This document shows, piece after piece, positions 50,411 to 62,850 of a stretch of 64,000 nt of DNA. The DNA is from Mobula hypostoma (Eukaryota). The notes under the pieces were generated by a model. The model saw only the letters and a list, made by a program, of their open reading frames with translations, did not search any database and was not told the origin of the DNA. Position numbers and translations under genes: made by a program. Each line of letters begins with the position of its first letter. The first letter of the stretch is position 1. The stretch lies in NCBI RefSeq assembly GCF_963921235.1, contig NC_086097.1:37078001-37142000 (forward strand), written 5' to 3'.

Positions 50411-52979
50411 AATATATCACCTCAATGTCTTCCACTAACAACTTTATAAATTCACAGAAAGCTTGTAGCCAAGTACATTTCTTCCTCCAAATGTTCCCTA
50501 CAAATGTCACAGGCGGGCTTTTCTGGCCAGTGGTATCCAACAAAAATTTGCATTCAATCCAATAATGATGATTTTTCCACAACTTAAGAAAATTACAGTT
50601 CACTGTTGGTGTTAAAGCTGGGTCTTGTCTAGAATGAAGGACAGGTGGGGATGACAATACTAACCTGACAAATCTAGCTCTGTTGTAGTTTATAAAAACA
50701 TGCACTTGTTTATCTTAATGGGGCTGAGGTGTTGTTACTCTCACAAGAGAGAATTCAAAGCAAACAAAATCTGGTCAAGCTAACCGCACTTGAGGACTCT
50801 TACTTCAATAGTACAAGCATGCTGATTTGAATTTGTCTTGACTATAATTTTAAATTTTCTTTCTTCTTTAGTATAACTGATAAAACTGCATGTTACAAAT
50901 TAGGCAGCTTCCACAAAAAAAGGCTCTGCATTATGAGGAAATCAAACCTTTGAAGTCTTTTAAATATCAGACAAATAAATTCAGAATACAAGAGTAGACC
51001 ATTTAGTCCCTCAAATCTGCTTAATGCAAAGATGCATTTTGATTGTCCCGTTCTATTTCTCAATATTAGCATGCCTTTGCTTCATTTCTCATGATACCCA
51101 TACTGAATAAGAATCTGTAGATTTCACTTTATCAGCATCCACATACTTGTGAAGTCACAAGATCCAGGTGTTCTCTATACTTCCTGAAAGCCGCTTCCTC
51201 CCACTTCACTCCTAATAGCCCAATTACATTAAATAATTTGACATGGAGTCATTGAAATGATAAACTATTTGTTCATCATGACAATACCAGCTTTTATATA
51301 CAGCAAATCAAAAATTTACCTCTCGGTCTCACCATTTTTAAAACACTTTTAAAAGTTAATTCATATTATCCTTTATTCTTTCTCCCATCATTTTACTCTC
51401 TCTACATTAAGTTTCTTCGGCTCATATTTTCAACTTACATCCTCCAAGAGTCATTTTGTATCTTACTTATTAGATTCATTTTCATGCAATTTGGAAATTA
51501 TGCCTAACTTCACTGCATCAAAGCAAATTTACACAAATTCTTTAGCTTTTTTAAAGAAGGCAAACTCTTATCAGAATTTATATGACTGCACAGATGGTTT
51601 AGAAATAATTGAATATAGATAATATTGCAAATCCGTAGCAGGTCAGGCAACATCTGTAGAGAAGGAAACAGAATTGTCCTTTAAGGCTGATGATGGAGAT
51701 GCCTAATCTGCTGAGTTTCTTCATTATTTTCTGTTCATATTTTCAGCATCAACAGTTTTTTAATGGAGATCAAATCAATAGGTCAAATGAACAAGAAACT
51801 TTCTACTAGCCTGTGTACTAGCTGATTAGGGGATGGTGAATTGAAAATTTGGATAAGGGCTACAAGGAGATATGATAAAGAACTTTGTTAAAAAAAAACC
51901 TCCGCAATTCATAGTGACTTGGAAGCCACTGCATAAGAAGATCTGAAACATAGGCAAATAATAATTCTGGAAGCCAGATGGATAAGTGTAAATACATGCA
52001 GGGTACTGGAGGCAGAGCATGGGGAAGAGGCTGATATATTGTTTCACAGAAAGCTGGCATAGACTTAATAGGCAGAATGGTCTCCCTCAGTACAGTTATA
52101 TTGTTTTTGTAACCTTCCTTCAAATCCTTTTAACAAACTGGAGCAAACAGTTCAAATGCTATAAATGAGGCCCTATCTATAAAACTGATTTTTTTAAAAC
52201 GTGTGCAAGGACAAATGAGCTCTCCGCTCATACTCTGTTTACCGTGTTTCCCATGTTCAAAAAACTTTGATGGGTCAGGGAGTGAGGGAGAAACATGTAA
52301 GGCAACCTGAGGTCTAAGTGTGAGACAAAAGAGAGAATGTTTCCTTCATTTAAATTTTCATAAAATAACACAGCTGAATTCCAAAACAGAATAATTTTCA
52401 TTAAAACACTGCTGTATTATCAAACCAAATGATTACTCCATCTATGTTGCATCTATATTAATTGTGCACACTGTGAGACAGATTTTAATTTTTAACACTC
52501 ATGTAACTGAGAGAGGAAGCAAGTGAAAAGTTAGAGGGCGAGGTAAAAATCAGTTATACTCCGTACAACTCATTGTCAGTTTAGTACCCTGCTCTTCTAT
52601 ATGCTTCCAACATCTGGACTAATGACAGCAGGCATCGCAAGTCACCTAATAAGTTGTGCGCATGTATTTTAGGTTCTGCCTGTTCCTACTACATTGAAAC
52701 TAAGCCATGATAGTTGTTCATTACAGTTACTAAAACAGCAGTTGGTGGTGATCTATACTTTTAGCAAACATTACAAATAAAAGTCATTAAAATTGCCTTA
52801 GATAGCCCTAACAATGCTATACGTCCCCTAACTATTTTGCCTCTTCTGCTCACATTGCAACACCCCTCTCCCCAGCACAATAAAGGTCCAGGGAAATGGA
52901 GACCACTTCCATTATCTTAGTAGGCATTTCTCACCAAAGACGTTGAGCATGAAATTCACAACCACCTTCAATACTCCTA

Positions 52980-53245
52980 AAACAAAGGAGCAGAACCAGG
53001 TCATTCAACCATCAAGTCTGCTCCACCATTCTATCATGGCTGACTAATCATCCCCCTCAACCACCTTCTCCAGTCTTTTCCCCATAACCTTTGCCACCCT
53101 TACTAATCAAGAACCTATCAACCTCAGTTTTAAATACACCCAGTATCTTGGTCTCCACAGCCATCCGTGGCAATGAATTCCAAAGATTCATCACCTGATC
53201 CTTGAACGAAATTCCTCTTCGTCTCTGTTCTAAAGGGACTGCTTG
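52980..53245 (-). mobile_element. CR1 3' tail fragment
   Basis: Minus ORF ...NLWNSLP...FKTEVDRFLISKG.KGYGEK and the CR1 tail. Confidence 0.75.
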
Positions 53246-55752
53246 TATTCCACATAACCTTTGGCTGATTAAGGAAAAGTGTTTGTAAAAAAACACAATC
53301 TCAGACTTGAGACAAAACTCATGGTCTATGAGACGTAATGATGCTCTCCCGACTGTATATTTCCAAGACCTGGACCATGTACTGTAGACACCTCAAGGCA
53401 CCGGGAAAAAATAACACCAATGCTGCCTCCACAAAATTCTCCAACTGACTCAAATGACAAATAAACCTACATCAGTGTCCTTTTCCAGGTCACAGCCTCT
53501 GTATTGATTTTCTAGTTACACTCAATTTGGATGCATAACACCAACTCCAACACGGGATTCCAAACCCTCCCCTGAGAAGAGATTACCAGCTGAACAGCCT
53601 CCTTGAACAAACTGACTCCTGGAAATCTCTGCTCAAGACCAAAGTGATCAGGATATATTGAGAATATGCTGGGAGCACACAGGGGCCATGTGGTAAGTAA
53701 CAGAAAGGGTACATTCACCTGCTTTATAGGCCATCACCCATTTTAACTGCGGAGTCAGTGGTTCCCACAATGGTCTCATTAGCCACCTCAATGTATAAAA
53801 TGGGAGTAGTAAGTTATTCTGCATTCTGAGGGGTTGTCTAAGCTAACAGACAAATGAAAGGTGCCACCCTCTTAGCCTTCACCATCTCTCTTAATTGAAA
53901 AAATAAAGAGCAAGGGAATCCACTTCGAGAGCCAGCAGATTTAATCTTACAACTCTCTTCAAGTTTTCTGAAGCCAATGTCAAAGTAAATGCCAAACTTA
54001 TAATGAAATGCAATTTCCCATATTTCTCAAGCAAGCGTCTAAAAACATTCTAAGATACTCAATAGCAACAGATTAAAATTCCTTCAACATTCAGCAGTTT
54101 GATCTGCCCATAACTAGATATAAAATACCCCCCTTTTGATGGTTTTAATCTTTTTGCTAAGAGGAAAACAGGTCATACAAACGGCTTTAGTAAACAACAA
54201 GGGAAACAATCCTCAACTTGTGTTTACAAGTTGTACTGGATAAAACAGAACAGTCCCTCAGGACAATACTGGATAATTATCCGAAACAAAAGAGTGGGAG
54301 TTTGAGCCAATTTCCCAGTGTGAACTGCTTCACTATAGAAACTGCACAATTAAGAGATTCAAACCCTTCTGCCAATCAGATTGCTATCATTAAAAACAAA
54401 TACAAAATAGAATAAAACATTAATTTCTGCTTATTTCAATTGCAGAAAGGTTGCAATTTTAATGGCAGCTGCAGACCAAAAATACATCTGCATCAGGGAT
54501 ACATCGAAACTGCAGTAAAATAAAGACCAGACTCTTCGTGTTTTATATAATTATATATAGAAACTGAAGATATCACATAACAGGGCAGCTGTAGGTCAGA
54601 ACATAAAGTCATAACATCACAATTGAAGCAGTCTCCATTATGACCCTTCACCTGAGACACATGCTTCTTCATTAGAAAAGAGAAAATATTCATCTTTCTA
54701 ATCACTCTTACTAGTTTATAAAAAGTCATCTATTTCAGAATCAGTGTTAAACCATATATAGGGTTATAATTCAGCCCTGTGTGCCTGTGCCAGCCCTTTA
54801 AAGTTGCTGCCTTACTTAGTAACATTCTCTTGCGTCCAATTCCTTTTCATGTTACAATGGAATCTACCTCTACTAAATGTGCAGGAATATGTCCTAGATC
54901 TGTATAATCTTTTGTTTAAGAAATGTCTACTCAGATGCCTTTGCGATTCCTTTGGCTATATCACATTTGTCACATAAAATACTTCCTCTATACTTAGAAC
55001 TTTAAGGGGATCTGATACTTTGAACATTTCTATTTTGTCTCCTTTTAACCTTCCATGTTCTATGGAAAACAGTCCAAGTTATGAAATCTTCTGCTGATTC
55101 TTTGCATCATTATGGTTTCCTATGTATCCACTCCATGGCTTCAACAACCTTATTCCAATAATTTAGTGGACAGAATCACATCCAGTACTCCAGCTGAGGC
55201 CCAGCTGGAGGCTTGTAGAAGTTTGTAAGACTCATTGTTTTCATTCATATACAATGTTCTTATTTACAAAACCAAGCATCTAATACATTTGCTTAAACTG
55301 CCTGTTTGAAGCTCTTCCTCTGAGAAAAGATTAAAACAAAAATTTAGAACGCAATAGAAGGAGCGCCAAAAAGTAGAAATACCATTCAGGAAATGTAAAA
55401 TTATGCTTACAAGCCAGGACATGTCTTTATTTACAGGTTATCAGTTGAAAAGGAAGAAACATAAACTTAGTTCAAATAAAATCTTGTAGGTTTTAATTTC
55501 TTTCAAGAACAAGCAAAATCTATACTTAGGAATCAAGAAATTAATTTTCTTTTACAATTTTCACCTGATGAATTAAAATACTATATAGAATTCTACATTG
55601 CTGGATTATCTTGGGTAAATCATTAGTCCTTTATACAAAATATTTAATTTTATTTACAAAGTAGATTCTGTTTCTATGGTACTAATTCATACGAACCACT
55701 AAAAATGTTTATACATTTTTACTCACTTCCTCACCAAAACATTTGTCTGATG

Positions 55753-55786
<34 letters not shown>

Positions 55787-55793
55787 GCACACA

Positions 55794-56238
55794 CGAGGGG
55801 TGATAGATAAGTTCATGGCCTAAGGAAGAAGGAGTCAATTTTAGAAAACCTAGCACATTTATTTTTCAACATAGTCTCCCCATCCCACCCCCTACATTTA
55901 CACACTTAGTCCAGTGGTCATGGAGCATACGGATCCCTTCTTTGTATTTAGACAGCTCTTGTTACATGCACGTGCAGTTCAACTCTTTGAGTGATAATGC
56001 AGAATATTTGAAGTTAATAACTCATCTCTTTCTACCTTAGGCCATGAGCTTATCAATCACCCCTGCTGCAGACCACTTACTGGAGGTCCAAGACACCGAC
56101 TTCTACAAAGAAGAGATCCGTATGCTCCACGACCACTGCACTAAGTGTGTAAATATAGGAGGGGACTATGTTGAAAAATAAATGTGCTAGGTTTTCTAAA
56201 ATTGACTCCTTCTACCTTAGGCCACAAACCTATCAATC

Positions 56239-56242
<4 letters not shown>
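55794..56242. mobile_element. Mariner-derived non-autonomous element with long inverted arms
   Basis: TIR CGAGGGGTGAT.GATAAGTT..TGGCCTAAGG.AGAAGGAGTCAATTTTAGAAAACCTAGCACATTTATTTTTCAACATAGTC is mirrored at the right end. Retains the mariner transposase C-terminus DFYKEEIRMLHDHCTKCVNIGGDYVEK* (~56098-56181). Confidence 0.85.
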
Positions 56243-56296
<54 letters not shown>

Positions 56297-56362
56297 AGTG
56301 AGAGAGAGTGAGTGTGAGAGACAGTGTGAGAGTGAGTGTGAGTGAATGTGTGTGTGTCTGTC
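56243..56362. repeat. (TG)n microsatellite with degenerate (GA/GT)n extension
   Basis: About 24 perfect TG units followed by mixed GA/GT dinucleotides. Confidence 0.95.
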
Positions 56363-58235
56363 TCTATAAAAAAAAACACCAATTCATTTTGATTTGTGGG
56401 TAGAACCTCCTCACTTCCAATCTCCAAAATTCCATTGCAAATATAGTGGACAGTAGCTGTGAAAAAGTAAAGTTTCTTAACTAATTACAAATTGGATCTG
56501 AAAGAATGGAGCAACAAAAATAAATTATAATCCAATTATTTATTAGAAGCAATGATATTCGTATTGGTTGTACAGAAAAACTTTTTGACTTCATATACTT
56601 GCTAATAAATTGGTATATCCTTCCTGTCATTGGTCAAACAAGTCCATAAGGAGGATTCATTTCAATGCAAATGTTTTTCCACTAATGTGAGGCATCAGAA
56701 TAACAATGCCCAACCAAAATAAATATGATAAAATTGGCCATCTGTTTGGAGGTTTTTACTATGCCTCATAATTGGAAAATTCAAAAGTGCAGTACGATAG
56801 TCTTAAAGGAGAACTGGGTAAGTACCTAATTTCATATGATCTTCTCATGTAGGCTTGCTATCTTAAAGTATGCAGAAATAAGCTTGCCAGATATTATAGA
56901 GTCGTAGGACAACACACCACAGAAGCAGGCCATGTGATCCATCCATTCACCACTGACCTTTTTCCCCTCTCTTGGTCCCATCATCCACACCTGGACCATG
57001 GCCCTCCATACACCTCTTAACCATGTAACGAACTTAACCCAAAATGTAGCAATTGAGCCTACATCCGCGACCTCTGTTGGCAGTTTGTACCATATTCTCA
57101 CCACATTCTGAAAGAAGACCTGCTCCTTAATATTTAATCTTTCACCCGAAACCTATAACCTCTAGTTCTAGTCTCACCTGATCTCATGGGAAAGAGACTA
57201 CATATATTTACTCTATTAGAATCCTTATTATATTGTATACCTCTAGAAGATCTCCCCTCATTTTCTTATGCGCGCCAGGGGATAAAGTCTATTATAAAAA
57301 CTTCTACAAAACTGGGCCTTGGACAGTGTTGATCATGCATATGCCAATGAAAATTGTCAAACCACCAATCAGACGTGAATTACAAATTTTTCTCTGTTAC
57401 TGCAGATGCCTAGATTTGCTCATGTATTATCATGTCAAAATCATAGATGGCTTAGAACAATAAAGGGGGACTTTGTGTAATTTGCTATGATCAGCTGCAT
57501 ACATATCCTTCACCTTTCTTGCCAGCAGCAATGATTCAGATTCAGGCTCAGATTTATTTACTACGTGTACATTGAAACACAGGGTGAAATGCATCGTTTG
57601 TGTTAACAACCTCCTGATTTGCTGGGCAACCCCCACCAGAATTTTGTGCATGTTGCTAGAAGATCATTTCCTCATCCCTTAGGGGAAATTGGCCCTTCTG
57701 GATTATATCTAGGACTCCCATAATTCTCCTTACCCATTTGTTCAAAGAAGAGAGAAAAAAATCACAATCTAGAGACTATCTTCATAACCAAATTTCTTGT
57801 AAAACAGCTCTGCATATTTGCTTGTGATAGGAAATCCTCCAGGAAGTAAGCCACCATATTCCTCCTTCTTTTAGAGATTTCCAGTCTGATCATTTTTTAT
57901 TCCTAATAACTCAAACAAAAGCAAAAATCCCATAAATCTTCTCAACCATCTTGTCCACACCTGTTCTGCTGGATTCAGAGATCTAAGGGCACTCCACTTG
58001 AAGATCTGCACAAATATGCTGATTAGGAACAGGAGTAGTCTACTTGGCCACTTTACTATATGTACATCGTACCTTAATCTCAACTTCACATTCCCATCAA
58101 AATGGACAACTCAGCATTTTCCATATTAGACGATAAGATATAGGAGTAGAATTAGGTCATTCACCCCATCGAGTCTGCTCCACCATTTCATCATGGACGA
58201 TCCAATTTTTCTCTCAGCCCCAGTCTCCAGCCTTA

Positions 58236-60446
58236 AGGCTGATTTATACTTGTGCGTCAACTCGACGCCGTAACCTACGCAAGTGGTCTACGCACGTTGG
58301 AAGCATTTATATTTGTGCGTTGGCGTGTCTGCGTCACTCTGCAATTCAGGCACGTCGCATATGTGCACATACCTGCCCACGCAAGGCTTCATGGTCATGG
58401 TAGTCTTTCTCGGGGTAAAGCTTAAAGCGAGCGTCTTTTTTCGTAAGAGTGAAATTTGTCCTCCATAATTTCAGAGGTCTGTAAAGCTTGAGTCATGACA
58501 TGAACCACATGAGTCATCTGTTGTCGGCCCCCAACCAATACATATTCCATACTCCCCTCCTACCCATCCTCACAGTCCCCCACCCTGCTCTCATGACTAT
58601 ACCCCTTCCCCACACGAAACCACCACGGTGGACTTCACAGCTGAACAGGTGAGAAGACAGCTGAAACGTCTCAACCCAAGCAAGGCTGCATTACTGGATG
58701 GTGTCAGTACCAGGGTGCTCAAAGCCTGTGCCCTCAGCTATGTGGAGTACTTCGCCATGTCTTCAACCTGAGCTTGAGGCTCCGGAGGGTTCTTGTGCTG
58801 TGGAAGACGTCCTGCCTCGTCCCTGTGCTGAAGACGCCGCGCCCCAGCGGCCTCAATGACTACAGACCGGTGGCATTGACCTCCCACATCAGGAAGACCC
58901 TGGAGAGACTTGTTCTGGAGCTGCTCTGGCCTATGGTCAGGCCACACTTAGATCCCCTCCAGTTCGCCTACCAGCCCCGACTAGGAGTTGAGGATGCCAT
59001 CGTCTACCTGCTGAACCATGTCTACGCCCACCTGGACAAGCCAGCGAGCACTGTGACGGTCATATTTTTTGACTTCTCCAGTGTGTTCAACACCATCCGC
59101 CCTGCTCTGCTGGGGGAGAAGCTGACAGCGATGCAGGTGGATGCTTCCCTGGTGTCATGGATTCTTGATTACCTGACTGGCAGACCACAGTACATGTGCT
59201 TGCAACACTATGTGTCCGACAGAGTGATCAGCAGCAGTGGGGCTCCACAGGGGACTGTCCTGTCTCCCTCTCTCTTCACCATTTACACCTCAGACTTCAA
59301 CTACTGCACAGAGCCTTGTCATCTCCATAAGTTTTCCGATGACTCTGCCACAGTTGGATGCATCAGCAAGGGGGATGAGGCTGAGTACAGGGCTACGGTA
59401 GGAAACTTTGTCACCTGGTGTGAGCAGAATTATCTGCAACTTAATGTGAAAAAGACTAAGGAGCTGGTGGTAGACCTGAGGAGAGCTAAGGTACTGGTGA
59501 CCCCTGTTTCCATCCAGGGGGTCAGTGTGGACATGGTGGAGGATTACAAATACCTGGGGATATGAATTGACAATAAACTGGACTGGTCAAAGAACACTGA
59601 GGCTGTCTACAAGAAGGGTCACAGCCGTCTCTATTTCCTGAGGAGACTGAGGTCCTTTAACATCTGCCGGACGATGCTGAGGATGTTCTACGAGTCTGTG
59701 GTGGCCAGTGCGATCATGTTTGCTGTTGTGTGCTGGGGCAGCAGGCTGAGAGTAGCAGACACCAACAGAATCAACAAACTCATTTCGTAAGGCCAGTGAT
59801 GTTGTGGGGATGGAACTGGACTCTCTGACGGTAGTGTCTGAAAAGAGGATGCTGTCCAATTTGCATGCCATCTTGGACAATGTCTCCCATCCACTACATA
59901 ATGTACTGGGTGGGCACAGGAGTACATTCAGCCAGAGACTCATTCCACCGAGATGCAACACAGAGCGTCATAGGAAGTCATTCCTGCCAGTGGCCATCAA
60001 AATTTACAACTCCTCCCTTGGAGGGTCAGACACCCTGAGCCAATAGGCTGGTCCTGGACTTATTTCCTGGCATAATTTACATATTACTATTTAACTATTT
60101 ATAGTTTTATTACTATTTAATTTTTTACGGTGCAACTGTAATGAAAACCAATTTCCTCCGGGATCAATAAAGTATGACTATGACTACTTATGGAAAGCAT
60201 TGCAGCCAGAGTTCCTTCATTGTCCTTCAGTCGCCCAATGGGAAGCTATTGCAACGTAGGAGGAAATGCGATGCTACCAAGCGGACCAATCACAGTTGTT
60301 GTGGTCTGCGTTGCCGCAACGCGCAGTTACATTTTGGGAGAGGTGCGCGTCAGGCTACGGCATAGGGATCCGCATAGGTTCTGCTTAGGGTTCGCGGCGA
60401 CACCGTACCTACGGCGTCGAGTTGACGCAGAAGTATAAATCAGCCT
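58236..60446. mobile_element. PIF/Harbinger-type MITE (arms 58236-58489 and 60187-60446) carrying a Rex1 insertion
   Basis: TIRs AGGCTGATTTATACTT(G/C)TGCGTCAACTCGACGCCGTA at both ends, each flanked by TTA (58233-58235 and 60447-60449). Confidence 0.85.
58490..60187 (+). mobile_element. Young 5'-truncated Rex1 LINE (RT domain)
   Basis: 263-aa ORF WKTSCLVPV...NDYRPVALTSH...LDPLQFAY...FFDFSSVFNTI...GAPQGTVLSP...KFSDDS; AATAAA and an (atgact)n tail. Confidence 0.93.
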
Positions 60447-60634
60447 TTACACCCACCGCCCCCTCATATGCCTTCATGCCCTGAACAATCAGAATCTATC
60501 AACCTCTGCCTTAAGTACTGTATACCTTTACCTATATTATATTCCTTCTATCATATTTTTGCTCAAAAACTTAACCTTATATTTGCTAAAATGAACTAGG
60601 AGACTATGTGACCCATTTAGCTTGGTTTAACTTT

Positions 60635-61604
60635 ATATCGATGATCTTGAACAGGATTCACACCACCATTGACCCTAAGCTAAGATTAAATCAGAATGGT
60701 TTTAAGCAGAAGTGCACAACAGTAATGCAAATACTTGCTCTCCGTAGAATCATCGAGAAAGTTAAGAAGAACAACCTACCAGCCGTGTTTACTTACATCG
60801 ATTTTCGCAAAGCTTTTGACTCCATTCACCGAGGTAAAATGCTGAAGATGCTGAAAGCTTACGGAGTGGCAGACCGTCTACCGAGAGCAATGGAGTCCAG
60901 CTATACCAAAACCATGGCGAAAGTTGTATCACCAGACGGAGAAACAGCAGTGTTCGAGCTCCTAGCTGGTGTGCTGCAAGGAGATACTCTGGCACCCTAC
61001 ATCTTTATAATCGTCCTTGATTACACTCTACATCAAGCTACCAAAGATCATGACAAGCTTGGTTTTACCATAAAACCAGGACAAACCAAAAGGGTCAGAC
61101 CAGTTACGCTCACAGATCGTGATTTTGCAGATGACCTAGTCCTGCTCTCTGAACAGATGGAGGAACCACAGCAGCTGCTGACAAAAGTGGAAATTGAGTG
61201 CAATAAAGTTGAACTTCACCTAAACGCTAAAAAGAGAGTACATGGTGTTTAACTGCAACGAGACCGTAAAGAATGATACCATGAAGAAAGTCTTTGATTA
61301 CAAGTACCTCAGGTCAAGAATGATGAGTTCGGAGAAGGACATAAAGATACGGAAGATGCTGGCGTGGAGGGCTATGAACGATATGAAGGAAATCTAGAAG
61401 TTGAACCTGACCAGAGGGCTTAAAAAAGAGGATCTTCATAGCCCTCCCAAGACTATGGTCAACATGCTCCTAGAAGATAGCAGCGCGGCTAATGTAGATG
61501 AACTGAACACACTGCTGAGGGAGAGGGAGAAGTGGACAGTCCATCACCGTAGTAGTAGTAGCAGTAGTGGTAGTAATAGTAGCAGTAGTAGTAGTAGTAG
61601 TAGT
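60635..61604 (+). mobile_element. RTE-clade LINE fragment with (AGT)n tail
   Basis: NQNGF, ILALRRIIE, YIDFRKAFDSIHR, GVLQGDTLAPYIF, DFADDLVL; (AGT)n at 61549-61604. Confidence 0.85.
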
Positions 61605-61786
61605 AACAACTTTATAAGCGGTGATAGTATTAAGCCCTACCACAAATGTCAAGCATCCTCCATTGATTTAGTCGGGATGAACTGCTTCTTGTTTGGAGAT
61701 GTCATCATGCAGCATCTCAAGCGCTTGATTATAGTCAGCTGCTGGTGGTATGTAAACTTCGCCCACAAGATGGCTTTCCAGAGATA

Positions 61787-61920
61787 GTAACACACATCAA
61801 AGTTGCTGGTGAACGCAGCAGGCCAGGCAGCATCTCTAGGAAGAGGTACAGTTGACGTTTCAGGCCGAGACCCTTCGTCAGGACTAACTGAAGGAAGAGT
61901 TAGTAAGAGATTTGAAATTT
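61787..61920 (-). mobile_element. Penelope-like terminal repeat fragment
   Basis: Reverse complement of ~12727-12855. Confidence 0.85.
61849..61890 (-). ncRNA. Minimal type I hammerhead ribozyme motif, sense to the MNAT1 intron
   Basis: Minus strand reads cagttagtc-CTGACGA-aggg tctcgg cct-GAAA-cg-TC-aactg with the core intact. Confidence 0.7.
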
Positions 61921-61934
61921 GAATCTTTGAATCA

Positions 61935-62850
61935 CCAGAGTTGAATGTCTCTGATCAGGCTCTCAGCGGATTGCGGATCTCATGGTTCATCGAGGGCTTC
62001 TAAATGATTTTGTGGAACACACTCATCTACAGCTATTTTAATGAAGTCCATTACAACCATAATGTATTCATTCAGATCCAGGGATGAGTCCTTCAACATG
62101 ACCCAGTCCACCGACTCGAAGCAATCCCATACCTGCTCCTCGGACTCAAGCGACCACCTCGTTGTCCTAATTTCTGGAGCTTTCTCTTTAGCCTCTGCCT
62201 GTATGCAGCTAGGAGGAGAGTCAAGTGATCTAATCTACTGAAATGCAGTCTGGGCATAGAACGGAAGGCATTCATTATCTTAGTATAACTGTGGTCTAGT
62301 GTGTTGGGAGCTCGGGTGCTGTAGATTATATGCAGATGGTACTTGGGCAGGGTTTACGTCAAACAAGCCTAGGTGAAGTCCCCGACTATGATTTGAAATG
62401 TGTCGGGATGAACTGTTTCAGGTTTGGAGGCGGCATTGTGCAGCATCTCAAGTACTTGATTATAGTCGGCCGTTGGTGGTACGTAAACTGCGGTCAAGAA
62501 TATGGAGGAGAACTTCCTTAGTAAATAAACTGGACTGTATTTGTTCGGTGTTCAAGGTCAGGGAACATGAGTTCGACAAAACCACCACATCAGAGATGTT
62601 TATAATGAAGAGTGTATGATGAAACGCAAACCATCACCTCTTTCCTTTTCTGTGTGCAGTTCAGTCCACACAGAAATTGAGAAGCCTTCCGGACTGATCA
62701 TCATATCCGATGTGCTGGGAGAAAGCCAACTGTCGGTCAAACATAGAATACAACAATCTCTCATTTCTCTCCATTACATCAATCTTGCTCTCAGGTCCTC
62801 AATTTTGTTCTCCAGCGACTGCACAATTGCTAACAAGATGCTGGGTAGAG
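61935..62850 (-). mobile_element. Rex1/Babar-like LINE 5' (APE endonuclease) remnant
   Basis: Minus strand REMRDCCILCLTDSWLSP... and NAFRSMPRLHFSRLDHL..LL.AYRQRLKR. A related piece at 61610-61785 is similar to 62370-62500. Confidence 0.65.

Noticed and set aside
51860..52123. Minus ORF containing 'IYQPL', considered as the penultimate MNAT1 exon
   Set aside because: The surrounding residues do not match MAT1 and the region looks like decayed LINE tail. The upstream MNAT1 exons appear to lie outside the window.
61401..61787. Ser-rich 128-aa ORF
   Set aside because: The poly-Ser is the (AGT)n tail of an RTE fragment joined to other repeat debris.
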